NCBI RefSeq assembly: GCF_004010195.1
Contig: NC_057719.1
Location: 17,364,893-17,424,047 of the forward strand
DNA: 59,155 nucleotides
Direction of reading: 5' to 3'
From: Chiloscyllium plagiosum
Taxonomy: Eukaryota
The position numbers and the translations under genes were made by a program. Numbering within the stretch: position 1 is the first letter of the stretch; each line of letters opens with the position of its first letter. The notes beneath the pieces were generated by a model. The model ran no database searches. It saw nothing but the letters and a program-made list of their open reading frames with translations, and was not told where the DNA came from. Positions 47,410 through 59,155 of this stretch are shown piece by piece.

Positions 47410-47812
47410 TTTAGGATAAGGGGTAACAGATTTAAAACAAAGATGAGGAGAAATTATTCCTGAAGGATTCCTGAAGAAGGGCTCATGCCCGAAACGTCGA
47501 TTCTCCTGCTCCTTGGATGCTGCCTGACCTGCTGCGCTTTTCCAGCAACACTTTTGCAGCTCTGATCTCCAGCATCTGCAGTCCTCACTTTCTCTTGTGG
47601 TGGATATCAAGACACTGAATAAAAAAAGGGGGAGGTAGACAGATTTTTGATTAGTAATGAGCTGAAGGGTTATGGAGAGTGGGCAGGAAAGGGAGTTGTG
47701 GTCGAGATGAGATCAGCCGTGATCACATTAAATGGCCAAGCAGGTACAAGGGATTGAATTCCATTCTCCTGTTCCTTGTTCTTATTGCTTTTATTCTTAT
47801 GTTGTTATGTTT
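47410..47812 (+). mobile_element. Old CR1 3' end with a solo PLE family B insert (47456-47595)
   Basis: gataaggggt...gatgaggagaaatt then the insert; gatcagccgtgatc tail. Confidence 0.75.
47469..47500 (+). ncRNA. Intact minimal hammerhead core (family B)
   Basis: tc CTGAAGA A GGGC tcat GCCC GAA ACGT C ga. Confidence 0.7.
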
Positions 47813-48151
47813 TTATTTTAAAGCACTGTGAATAAAATCTGTTACACATGTAGAAACTAGTGCCATCTCTGTATAGACTCAAGACATAAAAGGTATAACA
47901 GAGATGAGTTGAATTCTCCCTATCTGATCACTCATACCTGTTAGAGGAAACTCAGTCCTCATAAGCACCACACACGCAAAAATGACTCGTAAACAGGTTG
48001 TTTAAAATCCCAAGTAGATAACATCAAAGAACCAAGGAGGACTGTTTCAAAGTATTGGGTCTTTCATTTAAGATGGAGATGAGAAGGAATTTCATTTTTA
48101 GAAGACCATTCGTGTTTTAATAGCTAGAAGAGGAGATCGAGTCAATGAATA

Positions 48152-48449
48152 GGGCAACATGGTGGCTCAGTGGTTAGCACTGCTGCCTCACAGCACCAGG
48201 ATCCTAGGTTCGATTCCAGCCTGTGTGGAGTTTGCACATTCTCCCCATGTCTGCGTGGGTTTCTACCTGGTGCTCCGGTTTCCTCCCAGAGTCCAAAGAT
48301 GTGCAGGTTAGGTGAATTGGCCACGTTAAATTGCACATAGTGTTAGGTGCATTAGTCAGAGGGAAATGGGACTGAGTGGGTTAATCTTCGGAGGGTCAGT
48401 GTGGATTTGTTGGGCTGAAAGTCCTGTTTCCACTCTGTAGTGAATCTAA
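48152..48449 (+). mobile_element. HE1/V-SINE inserted in an old CR1 tail
   Basis: A/B boxes and V-domain; the host reads gtcaatgaat|atattcaaggctga across the insertion. Confidence 0.9.
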
Positions 48450-49692
48450 CATATTCAAGGCTGAATTAGACAGATCTTTGATTGGCAAGCGAGTAGAGGG
48501 GAAGACAAACAAGAAAGTAGAGCACTCTTGAGGCTTAATCCGCCTGTTCTTTTATGTTGAAAGTAAACAGTAACTCAATGTGAAACTCAGTCAATATTCT
48601 GTAGGTGCACCTTAATAAATTCTGAGAAGCAAGTTGCTTCTATGATCTCTCTGAAAGGGATTAGTTATCATGAGAAAACAGAGAAAACAAAAGAAAAATG
48701 TACAGAAAAAAGATGAAACTTTGAATATCACCTATCTGTTGGAAATGTCTTGTAAGTGCAACAATGTATCATTAGCTCTCTCTGCCCCTTTCAGATACTC
48801 CTTGAAATTCACCTGCCTGGTCAAACAGTAGACTGCTTTTTCTGAAATTTCTTTCCTGGTGTCAAATTCTACCCAACAGTGTTCCTGTGAAGTGCCCCTA
48901 TGCTAAATGCGCTGTATAAGTTGTTTTTATTTCCAGGAGACCTACCATTATAGTTTGTGAAACAGAAGACCTGCCAAGATTGAAATACCCAAAAGTGAAA
49001 CAATAATTGTTAGAAGCATATAGCGAGTGCAGCAATATTTGGGAAAGATAAAGCAGGATGGATCATGAATTGGGCATAAATCCTTTCCTGGAAAACACAG
49101 CTACCTTCTTATTGGGACACGAGACAACACTTCCAATGGGCTAAGTCACATAATTAACTCTTTGAGGCAGTGCAGAAATGTTACCAAGTTATGTCTGGGA
49201 CCAATTCCGGCTCCAGCTGAAATCTTTGCTGGCACCAGCAGGAGTCAAGCAGAGACTGTCAAATTGGCCCCGAGTCAGTAACATACATTCCCCTAGGAGT
49301 GAGACTGTTCTTTAATTCCGACTTGAAGCCACACAGAGGGCTTGTGCCAATCCCCTGACACGTCTCCTGTTTTCTGACTCAAACAAGCACCGACAGGAGC
49401 CCTGCAACTGCTAAACGTGAAAACACAATTGGGTGTAGTCAACAGACATCAATCGGATTCTCAGGTCTAATCAATGTACTCAAAGGGTGGACCACCCATG
49501 GTTGAACACTTCCGAGCCAAATGGTAAATATTCCTGGCTCCCAAGCTTTCGATTTACTTCTGAAGCCAAGGGGTGAATACTGGTTTAATTCTTGGCTGTT
49601 GTGGAAGGAGAGTTGGTGTGCAGACTAAACAGCTCTTCCTCTGCATGACAGTCAGTCTATGGTCGACCACCTCCACAGTATCTTCATCGTTT

Positions 49693-50111
49693 CATGATTT
49701 GGAGATGCCGGTGTTAGATGAATTCTAACAGATGAAAGGCTTAACAGACAATCAATTTTTCAATGTATAATTTCAGTTACATCACACTGTAAATTTTTGC
49801 TATAAATTCTGTCTATGGTCGACCACCTCCACAGTATCTTCACCGTTTCATGATTTGGAGATGCCGGTGTTGGACTGGAGTGTACAAAGTTAAAAATCAC
49901 ACAACACCAGGTTATAGTCCAACAGGTTTAATTGGAAGCACACTAGCTTTCGGAGCGACGCTCCTTCATCAGTTGATAGTGGAAGGCTCAATCCTAACAC
50001 AGAATTTATAGCAAAAATTTACAGTGTGATGTAACTGAAATTATACATTGAAAGCTAGTGTGCTTCCAATTAAACCTGTTGGACTACAACCTGATGTTGT
50101 GTGATTTTTAA
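49693..50111. mobile_element. Complex rearranged PLE family A insertion with 11-bp TSD
   Basis: cttcatcgttt at 49682-49692 and 50112-50122; internal direct and inverted repeats. Confidence 0.85.
49941..49972 (-). ncRNA. Minimal hammerhead core (family A)
   Basis: Minus strand CTGATGA A GGAGC gtc GCTCC GAA AGCT A gtg. Confidence 0.7.
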
Positions 50112-50614
50112 CTTCATCGTTTGAGATGTGATCTAACGCATGAAGCGAAAGGCCGAGAAAGTGTCAGCCCTAATCAGCATTGTCAGCAATGGGATTTTAT
50201 CACAACTAACTTTTTGACTGGATTTTCAAAATGGAGCATCAAAAGATGATAAATCGTTCGGAATATTGGACTATTCTGTTCTGATGTGCCTTTCATAGCC
50301 ATGTGATTCCCAATCATTTTATAGTCTTGAAATAACTCTGTGTGTGTGTGTGTGTGTGGTAGTTCCTTAGAATAAGGAACATGCCTCGTTCATGATAAGA
50401 ATCAACACATGGCTAATGTGCTGTAGCTACCACGTGGTTTTGGCTGATCAGGAAACTGTCCAGCTCTTACAACCTATGATACAATATGATTTGTGCAGAG
50501 CTCATGCCTAAATTTGTCCTGGGGGAATTGTGCATCCACTGGTCACATGAATGATTGTGCATACATCAAATATCTATTACGAGACGTCTGGGGGTGTGAC
50601 AATATCCATTTCAT

Positions 50615-51285
50615 ATAGAGTCATAGAGATGTGCAGCATGGAAACAGACCCTTCGGTCCAACCCGTCCATGCTGACCAGATATCCCAACCCAATCTAGTC
50701 CCACTTGCCAGCACCCGGCTAATATCCCTCCAAACCCTTCCTATTCATATACCCATCCAAATGCCTCTAAAATGTTGCAATGGTACCAGCCTCCACCACT
50801 TCCTCTGGCAGCTCATTCCATAAACGCACCACTCTCTGTGTGAAAAAGTTGCCCCTTAGATCTCTTTTATATCTTTCCTCTCTCACCCTAAACCTATGCC
50901 CTCTAGTTCTGGATTCCCCCACCCTAGGGAAAAGACTTTGTCTATTTATCCTATTCCTGTCCCTCATGATTTTATAAACCTCTATAAGGTCACCCCTCAG
51001 CCTCCAACGCTCCAAGGAAAACAGCCCCCCTGTAGCTCAGATCCTCCAACCCTGGCAACATCCTTGTAAATCTTTTCTGAACCCTTTCAAGTTTCACAAC
51101 ATCTTTCTGATAGGAAGGAGACCAGAATTGCATGCAATATTCCAACAATGGCCTAACCAATGTCCTGTACAGCCACAACATGACGTCTCAACTCCTGTAC
51201 TCAATACTCTGACCAATAAAGGAAAGCATACCAAACACCTTCTTCACTATCCTATCTACCTGCAACTCCACTTTCAAGGAGCTAT
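50615..51285 (-). mobile_element. CR1 3' fragment (young)
   Basis: LYRTLVRPLLEYCMQFWSP, RLRGDLIEVYKIM, FFTQRVVRLWNELP. Confidence 0.93.
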
Positions 51286-51444
51286 AGATCGAAAAATGAA
51301 TAAATATACAACAGGAACATTTCAAATACTGCTAAAAAAGTCCAGAGCCAATAGATACTACTTTCAATTCTCTAACATATTCATGCTCTCAAGTATCCCA
51401 AAGCATTTAACAGCTAATAGTACAGCCAACACATCATGCTGGAG

Positions 51445-52120
51445 TTTTATAATGCACGGGTTAGGCCACAAATAAGGCATTCAGGCCAGTTCTGGTCACC
51501 ATGCTTGAGGACGGATGAGAAGGTGCGCTGGATATTTACCAGAATGCTTCTAGGGATGTGGGATTTTAGCTGAAAGGTTAGATTAAAGAGACGGGTGTTC
51601 TCCTTGGAGCAGTGGAGATCGATTTTTAACATAAAGTTAAAAATCATACAACACCAGATTATAGTCCAACAAGTGTATTTTGAAAATCTAGCTTTCGAAG
51701 CGCCACTCCTTCATCAGGTGGTTGTGCTCTGAACGCTAGTGCTTCCAAATAAACCATTTGGACTATAACCTCGTGTCGTGTGATTTTTAACTTTGTTCAC
51801 CCAGTCCAACCCCGGCTTCATCTAAACTTCAGGTTTAGATAAAGTAGATGAGAAATATCGTTTCCCTTCGCAAACATAACAAGGACTTAGGTTCCAAGAC
51901 AAAGATCTTTTCCTCACTCACAGGTCAATTTGAAAGATGAGTCACATCAGGTCACTGAGCACATTCAAGAAAAAAGCTGGTGAATGTTTTGAGTACTAAA
52001 GGCATCAAGGGTTATGGAGAGAAAGCAGGTGTATGGTGTGACCATATTGAATGGTGGAACAACTGCAAAGGGTTAAATAGCCTAATCCTGCTCCTAATTT
52101 CTGTTCATCGACTTCTATGT
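51445..52120 (+). mobile_element. Old CR1 3' fragment containing a palindromic PLE family A insert (~51633-51825)
   Basis: gttaggccaca...ttctggtcacc; aaagttaaaaatcatacaacacc inverted to gtgtcgtgtgatttttaacttt. Confidence 0.75.
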
Positions 52121-52152
52121 CTGTTCCCTGTGTCCCAGCAGTCCCTTTTTAT

Positions 52153-53108
52153 ATAGAGTCTGGAAACAGACCCTTCAGTCCAACTCGTCCACACCAACCA
52201 GACATCCCAAACTGACTTAGTCCCATTTGCCAGTATTTGGCCCATATCCTTCTAACCCTTCCTATCCATGTGCCCATCCTGATGTCTTTTCAATGCTGTA
52301 ATTGTACCAGCCTCCACCACCTCCTCTGGCAGCTTGTTTCACACACTCACCATCCTTTGTGGAAAAAGTTGCCCTTCAGGTCCTTTTTAAATCTTTCCCC
52401 TCTTACCTTAATCCTATGCCCTCTAGTTTTGGACTACCCTACCCTTGGCTATTCACCCTATCCATGCCCCTCATGATTCTATAAATCTCTATAAAGTCAC
52501 CCCTCAGCCTCCAATGCTCCGGGGCAAAAAAGCCCCAGCCTATTCAGCCTCTCCCAGTAGCTCAAACTCTCCAACCCTGGCAAAATCCTTGCAAATCTTT
52601 TCTGCACCCTCTCAAGTTTCACAACATCCTTTCTATAAAAGGACAGCCAGAATTGTATGCAGTATTCTAACAGAGATCTCACCAATGTCCTGTATAGCCA
52701 TAACATGATGTCCCAACTCCTATACGCAGTGTTCTGACCAATGAAGGAAAGCATACCAAATGCCGCCTTCATCACCCTGTCCACCAGTGACTCTACTTTC
52801 AAGGAGATTTGCACCTGCAGCCCTAGATTTCTTTGTTTGGCAACAGTCCCCAGTGCCCTACCATTAACTAGATAGGTCTGGCCATAATTTGCCTTACCAA
52901 AATGCAACACCTCACATTTATCCAGATTCACCTCTATCTGTCACTCCTTGGCCCATTGGCCCACCTGATCAAGGTCCCATTGTAATCTGAGATAATCGTC
53001 TTCACTGTTCACTACACCACCAACTTTGGTGTCATCTGCAAACTTATTAACCATGTCTCCTGTAGTCACAACCAAATCATTTATATAAATGACAAAAAGC
53101 AGTGGACC
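52153..53108 (-). mobile_element. CR1 3' fragment (RT)
   Basis: ORF 52497-52931 DKCEVLHFGKAN...LERVQKRF; FADDTK at ~53025-53042. Confidence 0.93.
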
Positions 53109-53514
53109 ATAGGTAACAAATCAATATATATCCACCATCTGTTTACCCTTAATTTTAAATATATAATTGGCATAACAGTAACATAGAGAGCATAGCTTTC
53201 CACAGGAAATGCAAGGTGGATGTGAAGGGAAATGTTTCACACTGACTTAATGACCTGGAACTCATTGTGTGTGACAGTGGTGCAAGTGAAAAATATGATT
53301 GACTTCAAAAAGGGAATTGACTTGGCACTTGAGGCTATGAGTGGAGTGGGACTAACTGGAATGCTTTACAGAGAGCAAACCTGATCTCCGCAGACTGAGT
53401 GGCCTCCTGCTATGCTTTTATGGCTATGTCATTATGCCTCTGATATTCAGTCTCTAACCTAAGCAAACACAGCAGTCAATCCATGAATGGTAAAGTGCAA
53501 CAATCAACAATTGT

Positions 53515-53765
53515 TGCTGATGACAGAATGGATAAATATTGACCAGGACAACTTCTCTGGAGAACCACATGTCCTTTAACATCTATCTGGTCAGAGGAGG
53601 CCTTCATTAAATATTCTTGAAAAGGTCCCTCCTACAAAACAACACTAAACAGCCCAATTACGTTATATCTTCAAGATCATGGGTAGGCCTCTGATCCACC
53701 ATCATTTGATTGGTATTGCAAAATATTGCAAGAGTACTGATATTGCAAGAGCACTTCCACACTGT
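53515..53765 (-). mobile_element. Degenerate DeuSINE-like SINE
   Basis: ggataaatattgaccaggaca (reversed Deu motif). Confidence 0.45.
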
Positions 53766-54544
53766 CAAACCATCATTCTAACTGCCTCTGAGAAAGTCCT
53801 AGAGCTCATGAAGGCCAATTAACATTGTAACCCACATGGGTGGCTTTTCAGTATTGGTTTCATCAGAATGTGGGACTTGCTGCTGATTGAAGTGCATGAG
53901 TCAGTTGGCATAGAGGTGAGAAAATGAGTTGGTCACATAATGGGAAACCATGGCAAATTACCTATGCCCCATTCACAGCACTGACATTAATATTTCTTAT
54001 GATTTGTATTATTAGATCCACCATTTTGATCTCATGAGAGTCTGGTTTTATTACCACATGCAATGTTGCCACTGACTGTCTTTTGTATTTTCTAGAGGTT
54101 AAATCACAGCAGAAAAGTGGTACTTGATAAGAAAACAGCTGGCACAGTATGAAACCAATGTGGCTGAACTCAGCTGTGATGCATCTGTGGTAAAATAGCC
54201 TATAATTATAAATTCAGGAGTCGGTGCTTGTGAGGCAAGTGTTAATGCCTCAAGTAAAAGTGAAACAATTGGAGAGAAAAAGATAGAGTCAGTAACAAAG
54301 ATATTTTATATTCCACTTCTATTGCTGGCTTCAATTCTCGTGTAATCAGAACAGCCACTAACGGGATCTGAAGTGCACATGCAACAAATAATGAAATAAA
54401 GCACAAGTTTTTTGGATTAGGTCACATAGTGCCTCACATACCTTATAGCTCTGACTCTCCATATACAGTAATGCAGTTAAAGTGGAAATTTCTCCATAAT
54501 GTTTCAAAAACTGTTCTCTTACAACTCTTTCAGTTGTGTGCACA

Positions 54545-55200
54545 AATTGAGAAGCTGTGGCTGGTCTCTTCAGACAGAAGGTTGAGAGGAGATTTAGAAA
54601 TAGGAGTAAGCTCTTCAGCCCCTTGAACCTATTCCACCCTTCAATGAGATCTTGGCTGATCTGTGGACTAACTCCATATACCTGTCTTTGCCCCACATCC
54701 CTTAGTGCTTTTGCTTAATAAAAATTTATCTCAGATTTAAAATCAACAACTGATCCTGCACTGATTACCATTTGTGGAAGATAGTTCTGAACATCTCTCA
54801 CCCTTTCTGTGTAGAAGTCTTTCCTAACATCTCTCCTGAACCATCTGGACCTTATTCTGAGACTATGTGCAAATTCATGAAGAGTTAGATAGGGAGAAAT
54901 GTTTTGCAGTTAGTAGGCTGATTGAGAACCAGAAAGTACCATATTAAGATGAATAGCCGATGGATCAAATACAACATGAGGGAAAATCTATTTTACCTCG
55001 TGACTACTGCCTGAGAGTGTGATGGAGGCAGAGACAATTACAGCTTTCAAGAGAGAATTGGATAATTATCTTGAAGATAAAAATTTGCAGAACTATCGGG
55101 AAAAAGCAGAATGATGGAGTTGGGTGAACTGTTCTTGCAGAGGGCTGGCATAACATTACAGGCCAAATGGCCTCTGCCTGCATTGTAGCCATTGAACAAT
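54545..55200. mobile_element. Old CR1 (+) with a nested opposite-strand CR1 3' end (~54595-54868)
   Basis: agaaggttgagaggagattt|...|aaattcatgaagagttagatagg continuity; the inner copy has a reversed CR1 tail. Confidence 0.65.
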
Positions 55201-56912
55201 CTTGTGGTTCTGTAAAATAAGCTGAAATAAGGTTAATATCTTGCATGGTAAAAGTTTTAGCTTACTGCGCACTAGCTACTATAATAATTATTTATGTTAT
55301 TTGTGGAATTCAGATCATGTTCAAAGCAAATTCCCCCCTCCTACATTCTTGCCTTCTTACTTACATCGTGTGTGAGCACCCGATGATCACAATTAACTAT
55401 TTAACTCTGATATAATCTTCTTCATTGTAGAATGAGCTATAGCTGCTGCATTGTCCATATAGTTGAAGTGGTTCCATGTGGCAAGTGGGACTGGGACATA
55501 ATGAGGCCTGATACCCGAATGTTGCCTCCAAGGACCTGCAGAGGGGAGGCCTCCCTCTGCCGTCAGAACAAACCCAGAGTGGTCTTCAAATTGGCAGCAA
55601 ATGGCCTGTTAATTGACATGAGTTGCCTTTGTGCTGCTGCAGGCCCATTGCTGACCTGTATCCAGCAAGATGGCCAAAGGCAGGAATCACCCGGTGAGTT
55701 GGCATCTTCCCTGGCATGGCCTGTTCAAAAGACCACTGGCCCCAACACCCACCCCAAAGCACTCAGCAAGGTTCGAACCATGGTTTGCATTTGATAACCA
55801 TCTTTCACAGTGCAATCCTTCACCTAACTTTTTATGCAGAGAAAAAGGGACGTTGTTTTGCTCCCACATTACTTCTACTATTTAATTACAGTTTAATATT
55901 AAATATATTCACACTTAGATCATGTGCCCAACTGAAGAATCAATGACAGCATTTCGTTTTGTTTTTCTTTAAAACTATGGGCAGTCCTTGTTTGTTTTGA
56001 TTTCAAAGGTGGCCATGTTGGTTAATTTGCATATAAAAGTAAGCTATATTTCCTAACTGCAAGGTATGTCAGAGTTACTTTGATGTGTTTACCATCAAGT
56101 TTGGCCATGTTTGAGACCCAGAGCTATGTCTGTTGTCAGGGGATACTGACACAACTGTGTTAAGACAGGTTAGTGCTGAGGACCTTCAAGTCCTTATTTC
56201 CTTATCCAACTTGGCCAGTAATGAAAGTCCCACTTTTTATAGCTGTCAACATTTGCTGAAGGCTCCTCTTTTGCGAAGGCCTGCCAAACATTCCTCACAA
56301 GATTATTGCCCAAACAAGTGAGAATATTACATGGTCAAACGCTATGCAATTATGTAGCATACATGAATGCTTAAACTTCATTACTAGCTGAGCTTGAGAG
56401 AGGTGATTAGGAACACTTATTTATTTCTTCTGTCGAAAGTTTTTTTATTTAAACTACCTGTGTGGTAACACCCCATTTTATTTTGCTGTTTTTCACAAGT
56501 CAGCTTCAGACTTAATTTAAAATAGTGTCATACACTTCTAAGCAATATAAATGACACAATATAATACAGTACTGAGGGCAAAATGTATAATATTGTACTT
56601 TCTAATTTACCTTAGTAACTGGCTGAATAGATCAAAATGGCCTTTTTAATCATTGCTAATTCATAGGTGATCTAAATCCTTCATTGATTTTTAGAGCTTT
56701 CCATGGCACAGTTAGGTATCTGTTATCTTGTTGGTGATACGCTCACTGTTAGCATGAGCAATAAGGTGTGAGAAATGGTTTTGAATTCTACATGAAAGAA
56801 ATAGAATTAATTTCTGAAAGACAAATTGACATCAGTATTGCTTTTCCTGTAATATCTGGCTTTGTACTACAGGATTAAGCCACAAAGATTAACAAGGGTA
56901 AGTTTGCCACTT

Positions 56913-58090
56913 ATAGAGACATAGAGATGTACAGCATGGAAACAGACCCTTCGGTCCAACCCATCCATGCTGATCAGTTACCCCAACCCAATCGAGTCCC
57001 ACGTGCTAGCACCCGGCCCATAACACTCCAAACCCTTCCTATTCATATACCCATCCAAATGCCTCTTAAATGTTGCAATTGTACCAGCTTCCACCACATC
57101 CTCTGGCAGCTCATTCCATACACGTACCACCCTCTGCGTGAAAAAGTTGCCCTTAGGTCTCTTTTATATCTTCCCCTCTCACCCTAAACCTATGCCCTCT
57201 AGTTCTGGACTCCCCCATCCCAGGGAAAAGACTTTGTCTATTTATCCTATCCATGTCCCTCATAATTTTATAAACCTCTATAAGGTCACCCCTCAGCCCC
57301 CGACGCTCCAGGGAAAACAGTCCCAGCCTATTCAACCTCTCCATATTGCTCAAATCCTCCAACCCTGGCAACATCCTTGTAAATCTTTTCTGAACCCTTT
57401 CAAGTTTCACGTTTTTCTTATCTGAATTAAACTCTATCTGCCACGTCTCAGCCCATTGGCCCATCTGGTCCAGATCCTGTTGTAATCTGAGATAGCCCTC
57501 TTCGCTGTCCACTACACCTCCAATTTTGGTGTCATCTGCAAACTTACTAACTGTACCTCTTATGCTCGCATCCAAATCATTTATGTAAATGACAAAAAGT
57601 AAAGGACGCAGCACCGATCCTTGTGGCACTCCACTAGTCACAGACCTCCAGTCTGAAAAACAACCATCCACCACCACCTTCTGTCTTCTACCTTTGAGCC
57701 AGTTCTGTATCCAAATGGCTAGTTCTCCCTTTATTCCATGAGATCTAACCTTGCTAACCAGTCTCCCATGGGGAACCTTGTCAAATATCTTACTGAAGTC
57801 CATATAGATCACATCTACTGCTCTGCCCTCAACAATCTTCTTTGTTACTTCTTCATAAAATTCAATCCCTGAGCCATGTTTCTGTAATTGCTGTGATATC
57901 CCAATCCCATGTTCCTAACCATCTGCCTTCCCTGTTAGGCTCCTTGCATTGCAATAAATGCAGTTTAATTTATTAGTCCCACCTTGTCCCTGCCTGCCCT
58001 GACTGTTTGACTTGATTCTGTTCTCAACTGTACCAGTCTCAGACTGATCTATTTCCTCCCTATCTCGCTGAGTCCCACTCCCCACCCTTC
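56913..58090 (-). mobile_element. CR1 with internal deletions joining the EN start to RT and RT to the C-terminus
   Basis: ORF 57153-57812 YMDFSKIFDKVPH...GVPQGSVL...FADDTK; 57866-57965 reads YCNARSLTGKAD / ITAITETWLR (APE endonuclease start). Confidence 0.9.
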
Positions 58091-58644
58091 TTTTTTATGT
58101 CTCATGTTCAATAAAAAGAACAGTGCCCACCAGCCATGGCAGTCAGTGGCTAATTTTAGCACTAACAGGCTACTTCTTCAGCAATAAATGGCTGCCAAGT
58201 TTTTAATCTCTTTGCCAAATGCACATTGCAATGGCGTTGAACACACTGAAATGCAATGCCTTGCCGCTCACATTTGAACATTTTCCAACGAAAACGAGGG
58301 GTAATCCTTTCAGATCATCAACCATCTGAAAGAAACAAAGAGGGAAACCTTTTCTCACAGAGATTTTATATCCTTCAGAAACACTTGAGTATCATCATAA
58401 GTAACAGTTTCTTTCTTCAGTGAATGGCCCCTGTGTCAAATTGCTCTTCTGAGAATGGAAAACAGACCACACAAACTCCAGTACCATCTCCATTCACAGC
58501 CAGAGAGAAAAAGGGTCAAAGAAGAATTTCAGAGACCTAGGATATACTTAATAAACATTCTTTGGGAAATGACATCATTATTCAGGGTTCCTTCCTGTGA
58601 GATGTACAACTGATGGGTTGTGATGGGTTGACAGTTGTGATATA

Positions 58645-59155
58645 CAGCGGAACCTCGATTATCCGAATATCGGATTATCCAGAGGAGATCTCAAGGTCCC
58701 GATAGAATCATTACATCAAAGAGCTGTTTCAACCCTGGTTGTGTCCTTTGTTTTCAGGTACAATGATTAAAAATGAACGCGGCTCACTGAAATGCTGCCA
58801 AGAACAGTCCTGGACAGTCCATACACCGTCTCCAAATGACTTACCTCCTGCCCTCTCTCTCCCTCTGTCCCCACACTTTCACTGGAGTTCTACACAGGGG
58901 TGTACTCTATTCCAACCCCCCTCCACGGATAATCTCTCCAACATTGTCCTGTACAGGGCAGAGGTGGAACCTCTCAAAAAGTGTGTGTTAGTGTGCATGT
59001 GTGGTGCTGTGTGTGTGTTAGTGGGTGTGTGTTAGTATGTGTGTATATGTGTGTGTGTATGTGTGACTGCGTGTGTGTTAGTGTGTGTGTGTGTCTGTGT
59101 TTGTGTGTGTTTGTGTGTGTGTATGTGTGGCTGTATGAGTGTGTGTGTTAGTGTG
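58645..59155 (+). mobile_element. Probable Tigger/pogo-type (Tc1/mariner) non-autonomous element, left end
   Basis: TA followed by CAGCGGAACCTCGATTATCCGAA, a Tigger-like TIR; right TIR not in window. Confidence 0.6.
58981..59155. repeat. (GT)n-rich microsatellite
   Basis: Direct reading. Confidence 0.95.

Overview
Repeat-dominated, non-coding vertebrate genomic DNA, most likely from a shark (inferred from HE1/V-SINEs, HER1/CR1-like LINE tails and DeuSINE-like elements). It has two assembly gaps (42193-42692, 46623-46733). No intact host protein-coding exon, rRNA or tRNA is recognisable; every ORF I can assign is a transposon relic (CR1 ORF2, Penelope GIY-YIG, Gypsy gag, Harbinger Myb/SANT). 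The strongest signal is a dense set of short Penelope-like (PLE) insertions from about four sequence families. They share a minimal hammerhead ribozyme core (CUGANGA-A-stem II-GAA-palindromic tetramer-N) whose stems covary between families. They occur as ~95-170 bp solos or as fold-back palindromes with 10-15 bp target-site duplications, and their breakpoints cluster at the ribozyme. One copy physically links the ribozyme to a GIY-YIG endonuclease C-terminus. Family names come from my recognition of sequence, not from database searches.
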